From NCBI GenBank assembly GCA_951406725.2, contig OX597820.1, forward strand, positions 90,520,001 through 90,584,000: a stretch of DNA of 64,000 bases. The letters run 5' to 3'. This document shows, in pieces, positions 11,748 to 26,215 of the stretch. Made by a program: the position numbers and the translations under genes. Position 1 is the first letter of the stretch; each line of letters starts with the position of its first letter. Under the pieces are notes generated by a model. That model was not told the DNA's origin, ran no database searches, and saw nothing but the letters and a program-made list of their open reading frames with translations. The DNA comes from Octopus vulgaris. Lineage: Eukaryota.

Positions 11748-12060
11748 ATATATATATACATACATGTGAGCGTATGACTAGCCATGTTTACGTGTTTACT
11801 ATGAAATTTTAATCTTATTTTATATAAATAGCAGAATTATAATACACTAATTTCCATTTATATAACGGTATTTTTTCATAGCATTTTTCAGATGGCCAGA
11901 TAAACGAAGAGATGGTGTTGTAGATTTCCACTTCGGCATCTGAAACTCAGAGTTTTATCTTGAATTTTGAGTAAATGTAACATATTATTTTATAGTTAAA
12001 TTACCTCTATTTACATAATATTGGGGTCTTTTTCTTTCTTTTGTTACCTTAACGTTTTTA

Positions 12061-12130
<70 letters not shown>

Positions 12131-12190
12131 TTACAATATCAGGAATTGGGAGAAGAGCATACTCTATAAAATATAGAGCAATTGTTTATT

Positions 12191-12631
12191 TTTGTATATA
12201 TGACATAATAGTTAAAAAAAACGTTGGTTTCATATCTAGACGGACTAGACATCTATTCAGTTTCTCTAAACGATAACCGTTCTCTGTCAAGAATGTTTTT
12301 TAAAACACAAGAAGGCGGTGATAGTTCAAGAAATATTCCTATTAAAAAAATTTGACCGGGCGAGTTGTCTCCATTTTCGACGGTAGTTGTCCACATTTTC
12401 GGAAATTTTTACTTCAAAATTGGAAAAGCTAGCTGTTAAGCGAAGGAAGAGAACTCGCGTGGACATAATTATTTAAGAAGAATATTTATTGAACTATCAC
12501 CGGCGTTCTTGTGTTTAAAAAAAAAGCATTCTTTGCAGAGAACGGTTATCGTTCAGAGAAACTCAAGAGATATCTATTTCAGGCTACATATAAAACCAAT
12601 AGTTTTTTTTCTTAATTAAAACGTTGCACAT

Positions 12632-12636
<5 letters not shown>
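12191..12636. mobile_element. Fold-back/MITE-like element with ~175-bp imperfect inverted arms
   Basis: agtttctctaaacgataaccgttctctg..aaaacacaagaaggcggtgatagttcaagaaatatt (12259-12338) is the reverse complement of aatatttattgaactatcaccggcgttcttgtgttt..cagagaacggttatcgttcagagaaact (12481-12563). Confidence 0.85.
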
Positions 12637-12666
<30 letters not shown>

Positions 12667-12672
<6 letters not shown>

Positions 12673-12855
12673 TAATTTAGGGTATCTAAGAGATACCCCC
12701 ACGCTGGAAATAGCAGCCAAAACTTATCTCTAAAACCACATTAAATGTTCATACAACACTAGTGCTGTATGAACATTTAATGCGGTTTTAAAGTAAAGTT
12801 TTGGCTGCTATTTCCAGCGTGAAAGTATCTTTTAGATATCCTAAATTATAATTTT
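12667..12855. repeat. ~190-bp near-perfect palindrome with no spacer, centred on CACTAGTG
   Basis: cacgctggaaatagcagccaaaactt..attaaatgttcataca mirrors tgtatgaacatttaat..aagttttggctgctatttccagcgtg. Confidence 0.9.
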
Positions 12856-12942
12856 AATAACAATTATTACCTCTGAAGGTTTTTATTCCCATGCTGGCCA
12901 TTTGATAAGATCGATAATTAAATTAACGATCTTATCCTTAGT

Positions 12943-13008
<66 letters not shown>

Positions 13009-13139
13009 TGTGTGTATGTGTGTGTGTGTGTGTGTCTATGTATGCATACATGTTCACGCACCCGCATATACACACATACATAGATAAATAAATAGGTAGA
13101 TGGGAATATATATATATATGAATATAAGTATATGCACAT

Positions 13140-13290
13140 TACAGATTTTCCGTGAACCAAATTCACTTACCAAGTATTGTGATTAAATTCCAATGTAAAC
13201 TGAGTTCACAGGGGAAACACCTTCACAAAGTGCTGCCTTTTGAATCTGAACCTAAACGCATCTATTCGAAAAACCCAAATAATTACCACA
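13140..13290 (-). mobile_element. Decayed OR-like SINE head
   Basis: Degenerate match to the 45473-45888 family. Confidence 0.45.
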
Positions 13291-15787
13291 CAGCCATACC
13301 TGCTGCTTAAAACAAATACGAAATAGAAGCAAAATAAAGCTACTTTCTATACACCACACATTCAATGAAGTACACCTCAAAACCCGTAAATACGGCATAG
13401 ATTTCTCTGTACCTTGCTTAAGGTTCCCAACCAGTGAGGAAATAAGAAATCCAATCCCATAATAATTGCATTACTATAAGAACACAGAGAGCATTTGTGC
13501 CCTAGTGTAGTGTGCAGAACTAAAATCAAAATTGCCGAAGACAAATAATTCAGAATGATATGAATTAGATGATAAAAACGAAAAATATATATATTAAATA
13601 CCGTATAAGACCGCATCTGCAGAAGCGCATCCTGCAGTGCACACGCACTTGCATACGTATTTGAATACACACACAGGCATACAAACACATACACATACAC
13701 AAATAAACAAACACACAGACACACAGACACACGAACAGAAACAAATATATATAAATGTGTGTGTTTGTGTGTGTGTGTGTTTGTGTATACGCGTGGTCTT
13801 AAATATTCATAAATATCATCATACCGGTAGTCATTACTTTTTTTTTTCACTTGGAGAGAGATTCTAAGTTGAACAGTGATAAATTGAAATGTTCGACACA
13901 GATATTGCGTATTTTCACACCATCATTGATTTATTTTCACAAAAAAAGAAAACATTATTTATTTTGTATCCATGTTAATATAAATATGATGTGTAACTAA
14001 GGCACATTATATTTAAAACTGTTAAGTGTTTCTATTGATTTTGAGTGCAATTTTGAACCCATATTATTTTGGCATGGAAACAGTTATATGCATACTTAGA
14101 TTCGGTTGTTTTATGAATTATAGATTTTTGTCTATAAAAATTTTTCGTATTGCTTATTCGTTCTTCAGTTCATTGAGTATATTCCACAGGGCAAAGTGAT
14201 TAATTGTTTAAATAGGCACCTGATCAATATTTCCTATACAAGAATGTGCTTAATTGAAATTTATTTTAGTCGAATTTGAACCCAGAACAATAGTTTACCA
14301 AATTGGATATATTGTAAACAAATCCTTTTAACCGAGTGAGCAAAAGGTGCTCCGATAATAATAGATTGAAAATTAGAAAGATGAATGAATAACAGAAGGC
14401 TAGAAGCTACTTAGGGAAATCTAATAGGAGCAATGGTTGGCAGGATGAAGGAGTGACACAATGTCACTTATTAAAGACGTATAAAGACAATTTATTCAGA
14501 ACTGATACAAAGAATTCGCATTTAAAATGCATTATGTAGCGATTTCAAAATTGTATATCAAGAGCATCTAATCCAACTTTTCCATCTCCTTTAGGAGTTC
14601 AAAGCAATGTATAAATCTCTTACATGGATTGAAATATTACAGATTATATTTTGTGGGAGATAATCTCTCAAAGAATATTTTTAAACTTTCGGTTTGATGT
14701 TAAATTTTATATGAGAATAGAATATAGAAACTGATTATTGAGCAGAATTTACGTCAACAGTGCAATAACATATACCATCCAAGGGATTCATTCCACTGTT
14801 ACATCGATATGCAAAGAATGACTGCTTTTATTTAACATATATTTTATATTTATTTCATGCTTTGTGGAAGGTGACATTATATTCAATTATATTTTATGTT
14901 GCGGCTTTCAAAGTTGAATTATTGCACCATCATGGTAGGCTGTTTAACCAATGTATGTTAATATATGTACAACTAGCTACGATGTCTCTACTTACACCAG
15001 GAGAGAGTATTTATAAGTACATTCCATGACCAATAACCTCTGGTCATAGTGGTAGTAAATATTTCAACTATAAGCAGTGACTCATAGGTAATTAATGGTG
15101 CATTCGTCTCCTGTCAGATATCAAGCCAGAAATATACATTTTTCATACAGCAATATCCATTGCAGCACTAAATGTTTCTGCAAAGATGGCTGATGATGAA
15201 GTTTTTGGATTAATTGAATAAGAAGAAACAAATTGTTGAGAAATAATTTGATATCTCCAAAATTCCTGTTGATAAAGTATGTCTTCAGAGCAAGCAGACA
15301 AGTTTAGAGCATGTTTTGAATAAATAATTGTTAGGAATTATTTATTATAAGGCAGCTACGCTAGAGGTTTTAATAAAATGACCTCTGCAAACAAAAACAG
15401 TTCTTTATATATAAATAAATAAATAAAATAATATAACGGAAAAAAGAGATAGGGACCACAACATCGACCATCCTTCCAAAGTGGCTGTGATTCAAAAGAG
15501 ATATTGATTAAATAACTCTATGCTAGCTAGTAATCTAATTTAGAATCAACAGATTTGGAATGTTTTGGTTTGTATCTGCTTACTTGTGTATACAATTTCT
15601 TTCTTGTTTTACACACAAAACACACATCTATATAAGAATACAGCTATAAACACTCACTTGGGGACAATGGGACAAACTCATATAAGCATATATACATACA
15701 GACACAACCGCTCACATAATTGTTTATATTCATAAGCTCTTAAAACACAGATGTACTTCGCATGTATATGTGTGTGTGTATGTGTGC

Positions 15788-15832
<45 letters not shown>

Positions 15833-16059
15833 CTACATTCATATATATACATATCAATACATTCGGATATACATGCTGAACAATGAACATACACGCAACA
15901 CACACACACACATATTTATTTCAGCGTGCGCATGTATGTTTTATTTGTTTTGCGCATACACTCCCTTACGTTTACAAACATATATCAAATGTATGTATAT
16001 ATATATATATATATATATACGTACATTCATGCATATAGATGTTTATGTGTGTATGTATG

Positions 16060-16099
<40 letters not shown>

Positions 16100-17333
16100 T
16101 AAGCATAAATAGATATTGCGTATATATGTATATACAATTACAGATATTCACCCACACGCTCATCTATACCCACACACATACACTCAAACACACACGAGCA
16201 CACAAACACACACGTGCGCTGATATATGTATATACATGCACACAACCAAGCAAAAATTATACATATCTTGAAAAAAGTTGGGGAAAGGAATATTAAAGCC
16301 AATTATATGAATATTATAAGTATATCATAAGCCTTACACACACACACACACACACATATATATAAAATATATGCATGGTTATGTATTCTTACGTACAAAT
16401 ACACACATACATATGTACATGTACACATGTAAATGATTTTTGCATTTATGTATGCGTGTGATTCTTATAAATGTTGTATATGGATTTTATGGTTAAATGC
16501 AAAAACAGAAACATAAATAATAAGATTGAAATACGTATCGTGTATCCCATCAGATACATTTTACTGGTCAGGAGTTTAGACATTTTGTCTTCTATATCAA
16601 AAACGCAGTTTTATTCTATCACTTTCCTCTATTTTTTTCTCTCGCTCCCACTCTTTCTCTCCTTCAGCTATTTATTTTCTTTTCCCCCATTTATTTCACC
16701 CTCTCTTAAGCTCTTCTATAGCATTTCTTTTTATTACTGCCAGTTACTTTTAAGTATATCACTGCCTTTTTTATCTCCCCCTCGCTTCTTCTCTCTCACT
16801 CACTTTCCATATACATACACATGCACACACATATGTATATACGAAATTCTAATTGACTTGTTCAATCATAAAATTAATTACAGAGAGGAAAAGAGGAAAG
16901 ATGAAAATAATCAATGGATAAAATGAATAATAATATGAATATATCAATAACGATTAAATAAATAAATTTTTGTAAATCATGAAAACGTAGATATTGCTTG
17001 CAGATCTCATCTAAGCGTAGTAATAAACTAAGATGAATGCTCAGAACTTGGTTGCTTACATAAGCACAGTCACCTTCACATGTTAGGAAGAAAGCTCTAG
17101 ATGACCTTGAAAAGCCATAAATTTCTAAACATGCCTCAATGTTTGTGCTTCTTTCGGTTTGAGAAGAATATCACAGGACTCGGTGTTTGGTTCTCTCACG
17201 TATACATGAATGCTTGTGAGGGCCCATTTTTACAGAGATTCTGAAGGGCATAAAGCGAGAAAGTGAAAGTGAGAAAATGTGAAATATTACTGTTTAAACT
17301 GGCAACATGGCCATCCACAAATTCAAAAATATA

Positions 17334-17448
<115 letters not shown>

Positions 17449-17651
17449 GAATCTATATATTATATTATGTGAATCTAATGCGCTTGGCTTAAATTTTCCT
17501 TTGGGGCTGGGCAGATCGGAGCAATCTCAAGATTAATCAGCCGAAATTGCGAGGATGGTCCGGTTCTTGACTGAAGATTGAAGGCTTCGAATGTCCCGTC
17601 AGTGTTTTTTCTATCGTCTTCTAAATGTTTTGCGTTCTTGTCCCAGATTGT

Positions 17652-17719
<68 letters not shown>

Positions 17720-17721
17720 GT

Positions 17722-17754
<33 letters not shown>

Positions 17755-18149
17755 TATATATATTATATTTATATATATTCCCTTTCTTCATCATACTTCT
17801 GTAACTGTCACATCACGTAGTCTACAATAACCCTCTTTATTCGATATCGTATGATAGTGGTTTTTTCCGAGTGTTGCTCCGATGTGGACCTATTGGATTT
17901 AGTATGTTATGATTGAAATGAAAACGCAGCCCTTGCATTATAATTTTAGCAATGCTACACACACACACACACTCACACACACATACACACATACACACTC
18001 ACGCACACACACATACACTCATACATACACATTCACTCACACACACCACTAACACACACGCACGCACACAGAGGTTCACTAGATATTGTACATCAGATTT
18101 TTGTAGCTGTTTGGTTTGTTTTAGATTTCGATTGTTATTTCCGTTACTG

Positions 18150-19000
18150 GAGTGAGTGAGATGTTTGTGTTAGTGTTAGTAATTTTATGTACTTTTGTGA
18201 TGTATTTTGGATCTAAGCGGAGGTAATGTAACGAAAGACGATTGCAATGATCCTTTTCATGTCTTACGTAATGTCGTCAGTTTGCATTGGATAACCGTGT
18301 GAGTAGAAAATTACTAAGGGAGTTTTGAAGATAATCTGGTCGGTACAACCTGTAAAAGTTGAGATTCACCAGGAAACTTCTGATCCATCAAATGCGTCCC
18401 GGATTGAAAATGCGTGTGTGAGAAACTTACTAAGATGTTTTACATATCAGGTTCGGTAGCCAGTTTTCTGGCGTTAAAACATTTAACATAACCGTTTTCA
18501 AAATCATATAATAAAATATACTAAATGTAAGGGAACATAGTTACATTACATATTGCACTAGGAAGATTGTACTGGTGTGCGTGTAGGGGGGATTCAATCT
18601 GGTGAAACAAGAGGAGGTTGAGATATTGAAAATGGGAGCGATGGATTGGTAGTTATAGGAGTCAGATTTGTCACTATTTTAAGAAATATATCTGTAGCAT
18701 ATTTCTAAATGTTGGTGATGGATGAGTAAAATCCTATATAAGGTTTTAGATTTATTCGAGCGACTATTAATGATAGAAATTATTGCAATAGCTAAACGGT
18801 GCAGATGGCTCAGTGTTATAGGACATTTTTTGAGGTAAAGAAAGTGCTTTCTTTTTTTATCGATGAAACAATCCCGTGTTTCCTTTAATTCCATTAGCGT
18901 GATAAAGCAACAGAAGCAAACCGTAAAATAGAATTTGAGATTATTGGATCGCAGGTGCATTATTGTGTGTCGGAAACGTGGTTGCTAGGCAAGTGATTGA
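18150..19000 (-). mobile_element. Possible decayed Penelope-like element
   Basis: Weak RT-like string FLYLKK..IISIINSRSNKSKTL on the minus strand. Heavily disrupted. Confidence 0.25.
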
Positions 19001-19199
19001 CAACTCCATAGAACGAGTTACGAATTTCATGAGTGAAACAGTTTTAGCTCAAATATCTTCTTATAATGACACACACATACTTTAACTGCTGTTGCTAGAA
19101 GTGTCACGTCAGCATTAGTAGTAGGAGTAATAGAATATGATAAACTGACATAATAATTAATTCGTAAATCGAGTGGTAATGTATACTTACTAGTAATGC

Positions 19200-19515
19200 T
19201 AGTTTCGAATTTTGGCATGAGGCCAGCAATTTTGTGGGGATGTAAGACGATTATATTAACACCAGTGTCCAGCTGGTATTTATTTTATCGATCCTGAGAG
19301 AGTGAAAGGCAAAGTCGATTTCAGTTCAGAACGTAAAGACGGGCCAAATGCTGTTAAGCATTTTTACCTGTCGAGCTAACGAGTCTGCCAACTCAACGTC
19401 TTATCGTCAGTAGAAATATTGGTTTCAACTTTTGACACAAGGCCAGCAATTTCGGGCGAGGAGAGTAAGTCGATTCCATCGACATCAGTGCTTAACGGGA
19501 AATTATTTTATCTAC
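19200..19515 (-). mobile_element. Decayed OK-like SINE copies
   Basis: ttttatcgatcctgagagagtgaaaggcaaagtcga..cagaacgtaaagac and a second partial copy. Confidence 0.7.
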
Positions 19516-19576
19516 ATTTAAGGTATTAAAAGGAAAATGGTATTTGAGCTCAGAAAGAAATTGCAATAATTTAATG

Positions 19577-19630
<54 letters not shown>

Positions 19631-19809
19631 GCAACAACAACAACAGCAGCAGTAACAGCAACAACAACAACAGGAACAACAACGACGACGACGACGATGA
19701 CGATGACAATGATGATAATAATAATAATGTTGATGATAATAATGATGATGATGATAATAATAATAATGATGATAATAATAATAATGTTGATAATAATAAT
19801 AATGATGAT

Positions 19810-20376
19810 GGATCTGTATGCACTGGAAACTATGCCAACACTACGGAAGAACAACAGAAAAAAAGATGGTAAATGCACCCGCCAGAAAAGGTCACACAAA
19901 AGTGGGAAAGCGCCATAGTATGGGATATGCCAATATACACAGATGGGGAAATTAAGATCAGTAGGCTGGATATAGTTGACAGAGATCATGATAAAAAATG
20001 CTTTCTAATCGAATTATCAATGCTAACAGATGACAACGTTTCTCTTAAAGAAATGAAGAAACCATCAAAATACAAAAACCTGGAAATTGAGGTAACTCGA
20101 ATGTGGAATCTACAAAAAAAAAAAAACAATTCCTATCATAGTAGGCGCGTTACGTATGCTAAAAAAATATTCAGACAAATATATAACAAAAACACCAGGA
20201 CTTGCAAGTATATATAACAAGCAGAAAATAGCACTACTAGGCATCGCACACATCCTACGTAAAACACTTCCAACACAATAATAATAAGAGCATCTCAACA
20301 AACCACAGCACGTACCCAAGGTACACAGAGCTGCACTCGGTGGTGAAGTGAAAGCACTTGATAAAAACAAAACTAG

Positions 20377-20381
<5 letters not shown>
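19810..20381 (+). mobile_element. 5'-truncated R4/Dong copy (family A) between (TAA)n arrays
   Basis: HPPEKV..IVWDMPIYTD..DIVDRDHDKKCFLIELS..KYKNLEIEVTRMWNL. The 3' UTR matches 49950-50049. Flanked by TAA-type arrays at 19574-19810 and 20381-20657. Confidence 0.9.
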
Positions 20382-20657
<276 letters not shown>

Positions 20658-20726
20658 TTAATGTTGAAGCATCTTAACGAAATGTGTTTCTGTTGGTAGT
20701 CTTGATTTTGTGTATCCAGTTCTCTA

Positions 20727-21888
20727 AGGTTGACCAGGAAGTTCTGAGCGTTTTTCAATATGCAAAAAGGGATATAAATAATTCATCTTTCAATAAATCT
20801 TATTCAATAAAATAATTTCTGTTATTGCTAATGACCTTTGACCATCTATCAGGCAATTTAAATATTCCATCAACATAAAATTTGACTGGTTTTTAAGAAA
20901 AAATGTTACCTAGATATATTTTGACTTTCTAAATCATTAAATGTTTTTCCTTGCAATGAGTTCTGTAGGGACATAAAACATGTGGTATTCAGATGTCACA
21001 CTATCAGGAGATGGGGTAAGTGATCCTAGCCAATTTCATGTATGTTTGTTTGGGCAACCAAAGACATATGTGATCGAGCAATGTCTTGTTGGAACACAAC
21101 CCCTTTCCTGTTGGCAATCTCTTATTTATTGGTTCAAACTAGCCAGCTGACGACAGCAAACATCAAGTCTAGTCTTGTGGGAGAAACTCATAATAAATAA
21201 TGCCTTTATGATCTCATGAAACACAAACATAGCTGATTGTGTGTACTTGCTGTTTTGAGGCACCCTCATATAAACTCCAAGTTGTTTCAAGAATGGCATG
21301 CTTTCATTTTGTTTCAAAAGTATATCACAAAAGGAATACCAGTCCAAGCAATTCTTTTCTGAGAGTTTATGAGAGATTCATACATTATGGCGAGAAATTT
21401 ATTCTAGCTTCATTAGGTGTTCATGAACTGAACTTTTAGAAATTTCCAACTCCTCTGCAAGTTCTCTAATCATGATATTTGAGTTTTCTTGATTTTTGCC
21501 TTCAAAGCATCTCCATCCAATTGTGAAAATCTTCCACTGCGACTGTCATCTTCCAAGCTAAACTTTCCTGCTTTAAATTTTGCAAATAACCTGTGAATAG
21601 TTCATTCACCTACAACATAATCACCATAAACTAGACAAATGTTTTTGCAAGTCATTGCAGTATTTTCTCCATTTTCTTAAAAAAGAAAAGCATTACAATG
21701 CGAACTTGAAATTTTTGGTTATCCATTTCAAATGTCAATAGGGGGTAACCGGAATGAAAGACAAAACTATTTTTAGTCATGAATAAAGAAAAGGTGCACT
21801 ACTACATTAAGCAATGCCAAAGTTTTAAGTGTGTTACATTTCAGGAGTGTTCAATGAAGCGTTAAACGCTCAGAACTTTCCTTCAAAA
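20727..21888 (-). mobile_element. Mariner (Tc1/mariner) transposon relic, ~1.16 kb
   Basis: Minus strand gives CLVYGD..RLFAKFKAGKFSLEDDSRSGR (HTH region), SPDSVTSEYHMF (YSPDLAPSDYHLF-like) and FYVDGIFKLPDRWSKVI. Inverted termini: ggaagttctgagcgttt (~20737-20753) and aaacgctcagaactttcc (~21864-21881). Confidence 0.88.
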
Positions 21889-22509
21889 TTCGACACCTTC
21901 TAAAATGTTGATTACTAACATAACCCAGTGCGACAATAAGTAACGATTGAAATGGGATTTATAAAACGTGTAGAGAGTTGAAAATTTATGGAAAACCGTC
22001 CATAAATATTCTCTTTCTTTTGAAAGAAATTTTGACATCCAGGTAGTAGCATATTGCCTCTGATTGTACCTATTTTCTTTTTTCTTTTCTGTTCTTTTCG
22101 TCCTAAACAACTACAAAGACAATTCTGCTTTACCTGCACTTGGTGGAACTTCTGAAGCAAATGAAATATGAATACCACTTGCTAATTTATTGACCGCTTA
22201 CAAGTTATTTCGTTGGGATGACAGCTGTCGTAATCGAATTTGCTACCATGAGCACTCAACTAAATTTTGTATATAAGCCATATAAAAAAATACTACAGGG
22301 AATCCTAGCCAATGGACGAAACAACAGAGACGTGTCTACGTGTTCGCTCGCCCTGCTAGAATAGCAAATTTATATATATCTCAAATTAAACTACTGTCTT
22401 ATACACTAGTTGACTGAATAGAAAATGTAATCAGCAATTCACATAAGGCTTCAGTAAATTATGTAAACTGATCCCAGATTTGCTATATCAGGGACGAACC
22501 AGTGCTAAA

Positions 22510-22525
22510 GCAACAACAAAAGCTA

Positions 22526-22556
<31 letters not shown>

Positions 22557-22630
22557 CAAAGCCACCGCCACCAACACCACTACTACTACCACCACCACCG
22601 CCACCACCACCGCCACCACCACCACCACCA

Positions 22631-22680
<50 letters not shown>

Positions 22681-22681
22681 G

Positions 22682-22737
<56 letters not shown>

Positions 22738-22810
22738 GCTACTACTACTTCGTCTTCTTCTTCTTCTTCTTCTTCTTCTTCTTCTTCTTCTGCTGCTGCT
22801 GTTGCTGCTA
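22510..22810. repeat. Compound trinucleotide array (CCA)n-(CTA)n-(CTT)n-(CTG)n
   Basis: Directly visible. Source of the poly-T/S/L/V ORFs. Confidence 0.95.
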
Positions 22811-23444
22811 CAAGAGTGAGAAACATAATCCAAGAAAAAGGAAAGGAAAGCGAAAAGCGAGCAATCCCTAAAAACAAAACTATGAAGAACATCTTTGTCA
22901 TACAAACAAAGGAAGAATTTGGATTCCGGACTTCAAAGGTTTTAGAGAATATATTACAAGTTACTTTACTAAAGACAAGACAGCTTAATCCCTCATAAAA
23001 GCATCAATGATCACATCTTCATTAAAATATTAATAAGAAAATAATAATGTTAAAAAGACAAAAAAAAAACAACCATAACGAACATACACAGATGTACAGA
23101 TTACCCGGCTCATTCACAAAAAGGGAAAACATCAATCATTTCACATTTCTATATTTGCAAGATATCGACTAGAATTAAATTTACATTCCATTAATCCTTT
23201 AAAAACTCAACAAATGATTGTTATTAAAGCAAGAAATGTATAAACGTCGACAAAAGGAGATGTAAGAAGAAAGCAAATCAAAGAGAAGTAATGAAGAAAT
23301 TGGTGAAATACGTATGTGTATGTGGACGCGTCTGTGTGTGTGTGTGTAAGTATGAATGTTTATACGTTTGTATGTATATGTGTGTGTTCGTTCGTCTGTG
23401 TACAAATACATTATGTCTCTGAGCGCGGGTGCGTGTCTATGTGT

Positions 23445-23800
23445 AGAGTAACGTGGCTTAGCAGTTAGTGTGTTGCACTCATGATCGTAAGACTGTGGTT
23501 TTGTTCCTGAAGTGTGCAATAAATTATCTTCTTGAGCGTTGAGTTCATTTCCCATCGCTGCAGTAATCCTGCGATGGACTGTAGTCCCGTCCAGGACTAG
23601 GTTTACTCGTTGCAGTCATTAGACATTGGCCATAATGTAGCACAACATTTAAGAAATGTTTAGACCGATGAATCGACTCCAGCACATTGTTTGGAAGCCT
23701 GGTACTTATTTTGTCTGTCTCTTTTGCCGAACAAGTTGCGGGGACGTAAACACACCAACACCAGTTGTCAAGTGGTGGGCAAGGGACAAACACAAACTCA
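23445..23800 (+). mobile_element. Decayed tRNA-derived SINE plus an inverted OR-like SINE 3' piece
   Basis: cgtggcttagcagttagtgtg..gatcgtaagactgtggttt matches the 52291 family. 23690-23790 matches the OR-like 3' half in reverse. Confidence 0.55.
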
Positions 23801-24204
23801 CAGAAACATATATTTATATATCACTCCGTTTCGCTCTCTCTGTCTGCCTTTCACTCACAGTCGAAAGACACCTGTTGTTGTGTCCTGTTATTTGTATTTG
23901 TGTAACATTCTCCATTTTTTCCCGTTCAGGTTCTCGAATACATTCGCTGCTTTCTCCCAAGGACTCTAATAGTTTTTAGCTTAGTTTTTTCTTGGGGTTG
24001 GCCAGATTTGAGCAAGCTCGAGTATAACCAGCCGAAATAGCAAAGATAAACTGGAACTCGAATGAGGAAAGAAAACTCCGAATGACCTGTCCTTGTTTTC
24101 TTTGTATCGGATATCTAGGTGTTTTCTTGTCCATTTTTTTTGTATTAACTAACTGTCTAGATGTTTTGCGTTCTTGTCCCATTTTGTATTTTACTCTTTT
24201 ACCC

Positions 24205-24399
24205 TTTTACTTGTTTCAGTCATTTGACTGTGGCCATGCAGGAGCACGCCTTTAGTCGAGGAAATCGACCCCAGGACTTATTCTTTTTAAGCCTAGTACT
24301 TATTCAATCGGTCTCTTTTGCTGAACCGCTATGTTAAGGGGCCGTAAGCACACCAGCATCGGTTGTCCAGCGATGTTGGGGGAGATAAACACAGATACA

Positions 24400-24487
<88 letters not shown>

Positions 24488-24645
24488 CATATATACGTTG
24501 GGATTCTTTCAGTTTCCGTCTACCAAATCCAATCACAAGGCTTTGGTCGGCCCGAGGCTATAGTAGAAGACACTTGGCCAAGGTGCCACGCAATGGGACT
24601 GAACCCGGAAGCACGTGGTTCGTAAGCAAGCTACTTACCACAAAC
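24205..24645 (-). mobile_element. OR-like tRNA-derived SINE with internal (TA)/(TG) microsatellite
   Basis: Reverse-complement match to 45473-45888 (tgtggtaagtagcttgc..gggttcagtccc..caaatgactgaaacaagtaaaa). Confidence 0.85.
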
Positions 24646-25544
24646 GTCATATATGTATGAAGAGGGAAGAGGGTGGTGGAGATAGATAACTCTATTGATA
24701 AATAGGTATTGTACTGTTCTATTATATACCTATGTATGTAAACTGGTGCTTGCAACTGTCTATGGTAATCTATGATTAGAAGAGAAGTTGTTGGGTTAGT
24801 AGAGTGAAACATAGGAAATGAAACGATGTTCAATGATAATTTTCAAATTTATTCCTATGACTCTTGCATTATCGAACTACATCTTGATGTAAAAGTACAG
24901 GAAACATTAACAAACATTTCATTTAATCAAGTTACTCACCTGACTTTAAGTAGTTCTTTTATTAATTGAGATATGACAATTAATTTTCCAGACGACGGGA
25001 AAAGCAAAAAACACATCCTTTGCAGTACATGTATAACAGCTTAGAATGAATTTCTCATGCATGATTTTCGCGTTTACATACATATACATACGCCTTCTTT
25101 GAATTTTTCACTCTCTGCCTATCACTTTATCTCTCATTTTGTCTCTCGAAATTATGTTCGATGTAGTGCTAGATATGCAACAGCGTTACTTATGTTATAG
25201 CTAAGGTAATTATTCTCTGTTTGAGATATCCACTTGTACTTTTTCACAATATAGCACTGAAATAGTATTTGCTAACAGAACCGTAGCATACAAGCATAAA
25301 CGTGCACGTTCATCCACACAGAGAAACATATGTGCCTGCACACAATCACAAACTCATACACAAGTATATCAAAAGTTTATAGTCTACTCTGAGTTTTGCT
25401 GAGGAGGGTAGGATTGTTTCCATTTATGAGATAAAATTGTCTGCAGCTTATATAAAAATGTGTCGATCTTCTAGATGGGTGCCTGGTGGAAGAGTGACAT
25501 AATTATTATAAAGTATTTTTCAAGCATTACGAATGGTATATTAC

Positions 25545-26215
25545 ATTCAGATTATGGCACAAGGCCACCAACCTCGGGTATGAGGGTAAGCCGATTAAAT
25601 CTACCCCAAAGCTCATCAGATACTTATTTTATCGAAACCCAAATGGTGAAATGCAAGGTCGATCTCGGTGGCATTCGAAACCCGGAGGTGCTGGGCATTT
25701 TGTCTGGCGAGCTAACAATTCTATTTCTTTATTAACCACAAGGGGATAAACATAGAGAGGACAAACAAGGACAGATAAACGGATTAAGTCGATTATATCG
25801 ACCCCAGTGTGTAACTGGTACTTAGTTTATCGACCCCGAAAGAATGAAAGGCAAAGTCGACCTCGGCGGAATTTGAACTCAGAACGTAGCGGCAGACGAA
25901 ATACGTATTTCTTTACTACTCACAAGGGGCTAAACACAGAGGAGACAAACAAAGACAGACAGGCGGATTAAGTCGATTATATCGACCCCAGTGCGTAACT
26001 GGTACTTGATTTATTGACCCCAAAAGGATGAAAGGCAAAGTCGACCTCGGCGGAATTTGAACTCAGAACGTAACGGCAGACGAAATACGGCTACGCATTT
26101 CGCCCTGCGTGCTATGGTTTCTTCCAGCTCACCGCCTTATTTAACGTAGCTACGGACGAAATACTGCTAAGTATTTCGTCCAGCGAGGTAACGATTTTGG
26201 CAGCTCGCAGCCTTA
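25545..26215 (-). mobile_element. OK-like SINE cluster (tandem dimer 25720-26140 plus older partial copies)
   Basis: Repeated ~185-bp bodies with the same core and tail as 9653-10066. Confidence 0.88.

Noticed and set aside
11895-11955. Further hammerhead-like motifs (also ~17567-17600, ~28070-28110 minus, ~46118-46165)
   Set aside because: Partial CUGANGA- or GAAAC-like strings occur, but the core or stems are incomplete. At most they are decayed Penelope ends.
14500-15350. Possible Helitron helicase or host exon remnant on the minus strand
   Set aside because: Only 4-6 residue resemblances (LNSL, GAII), with many stops and no diagnostic motif.
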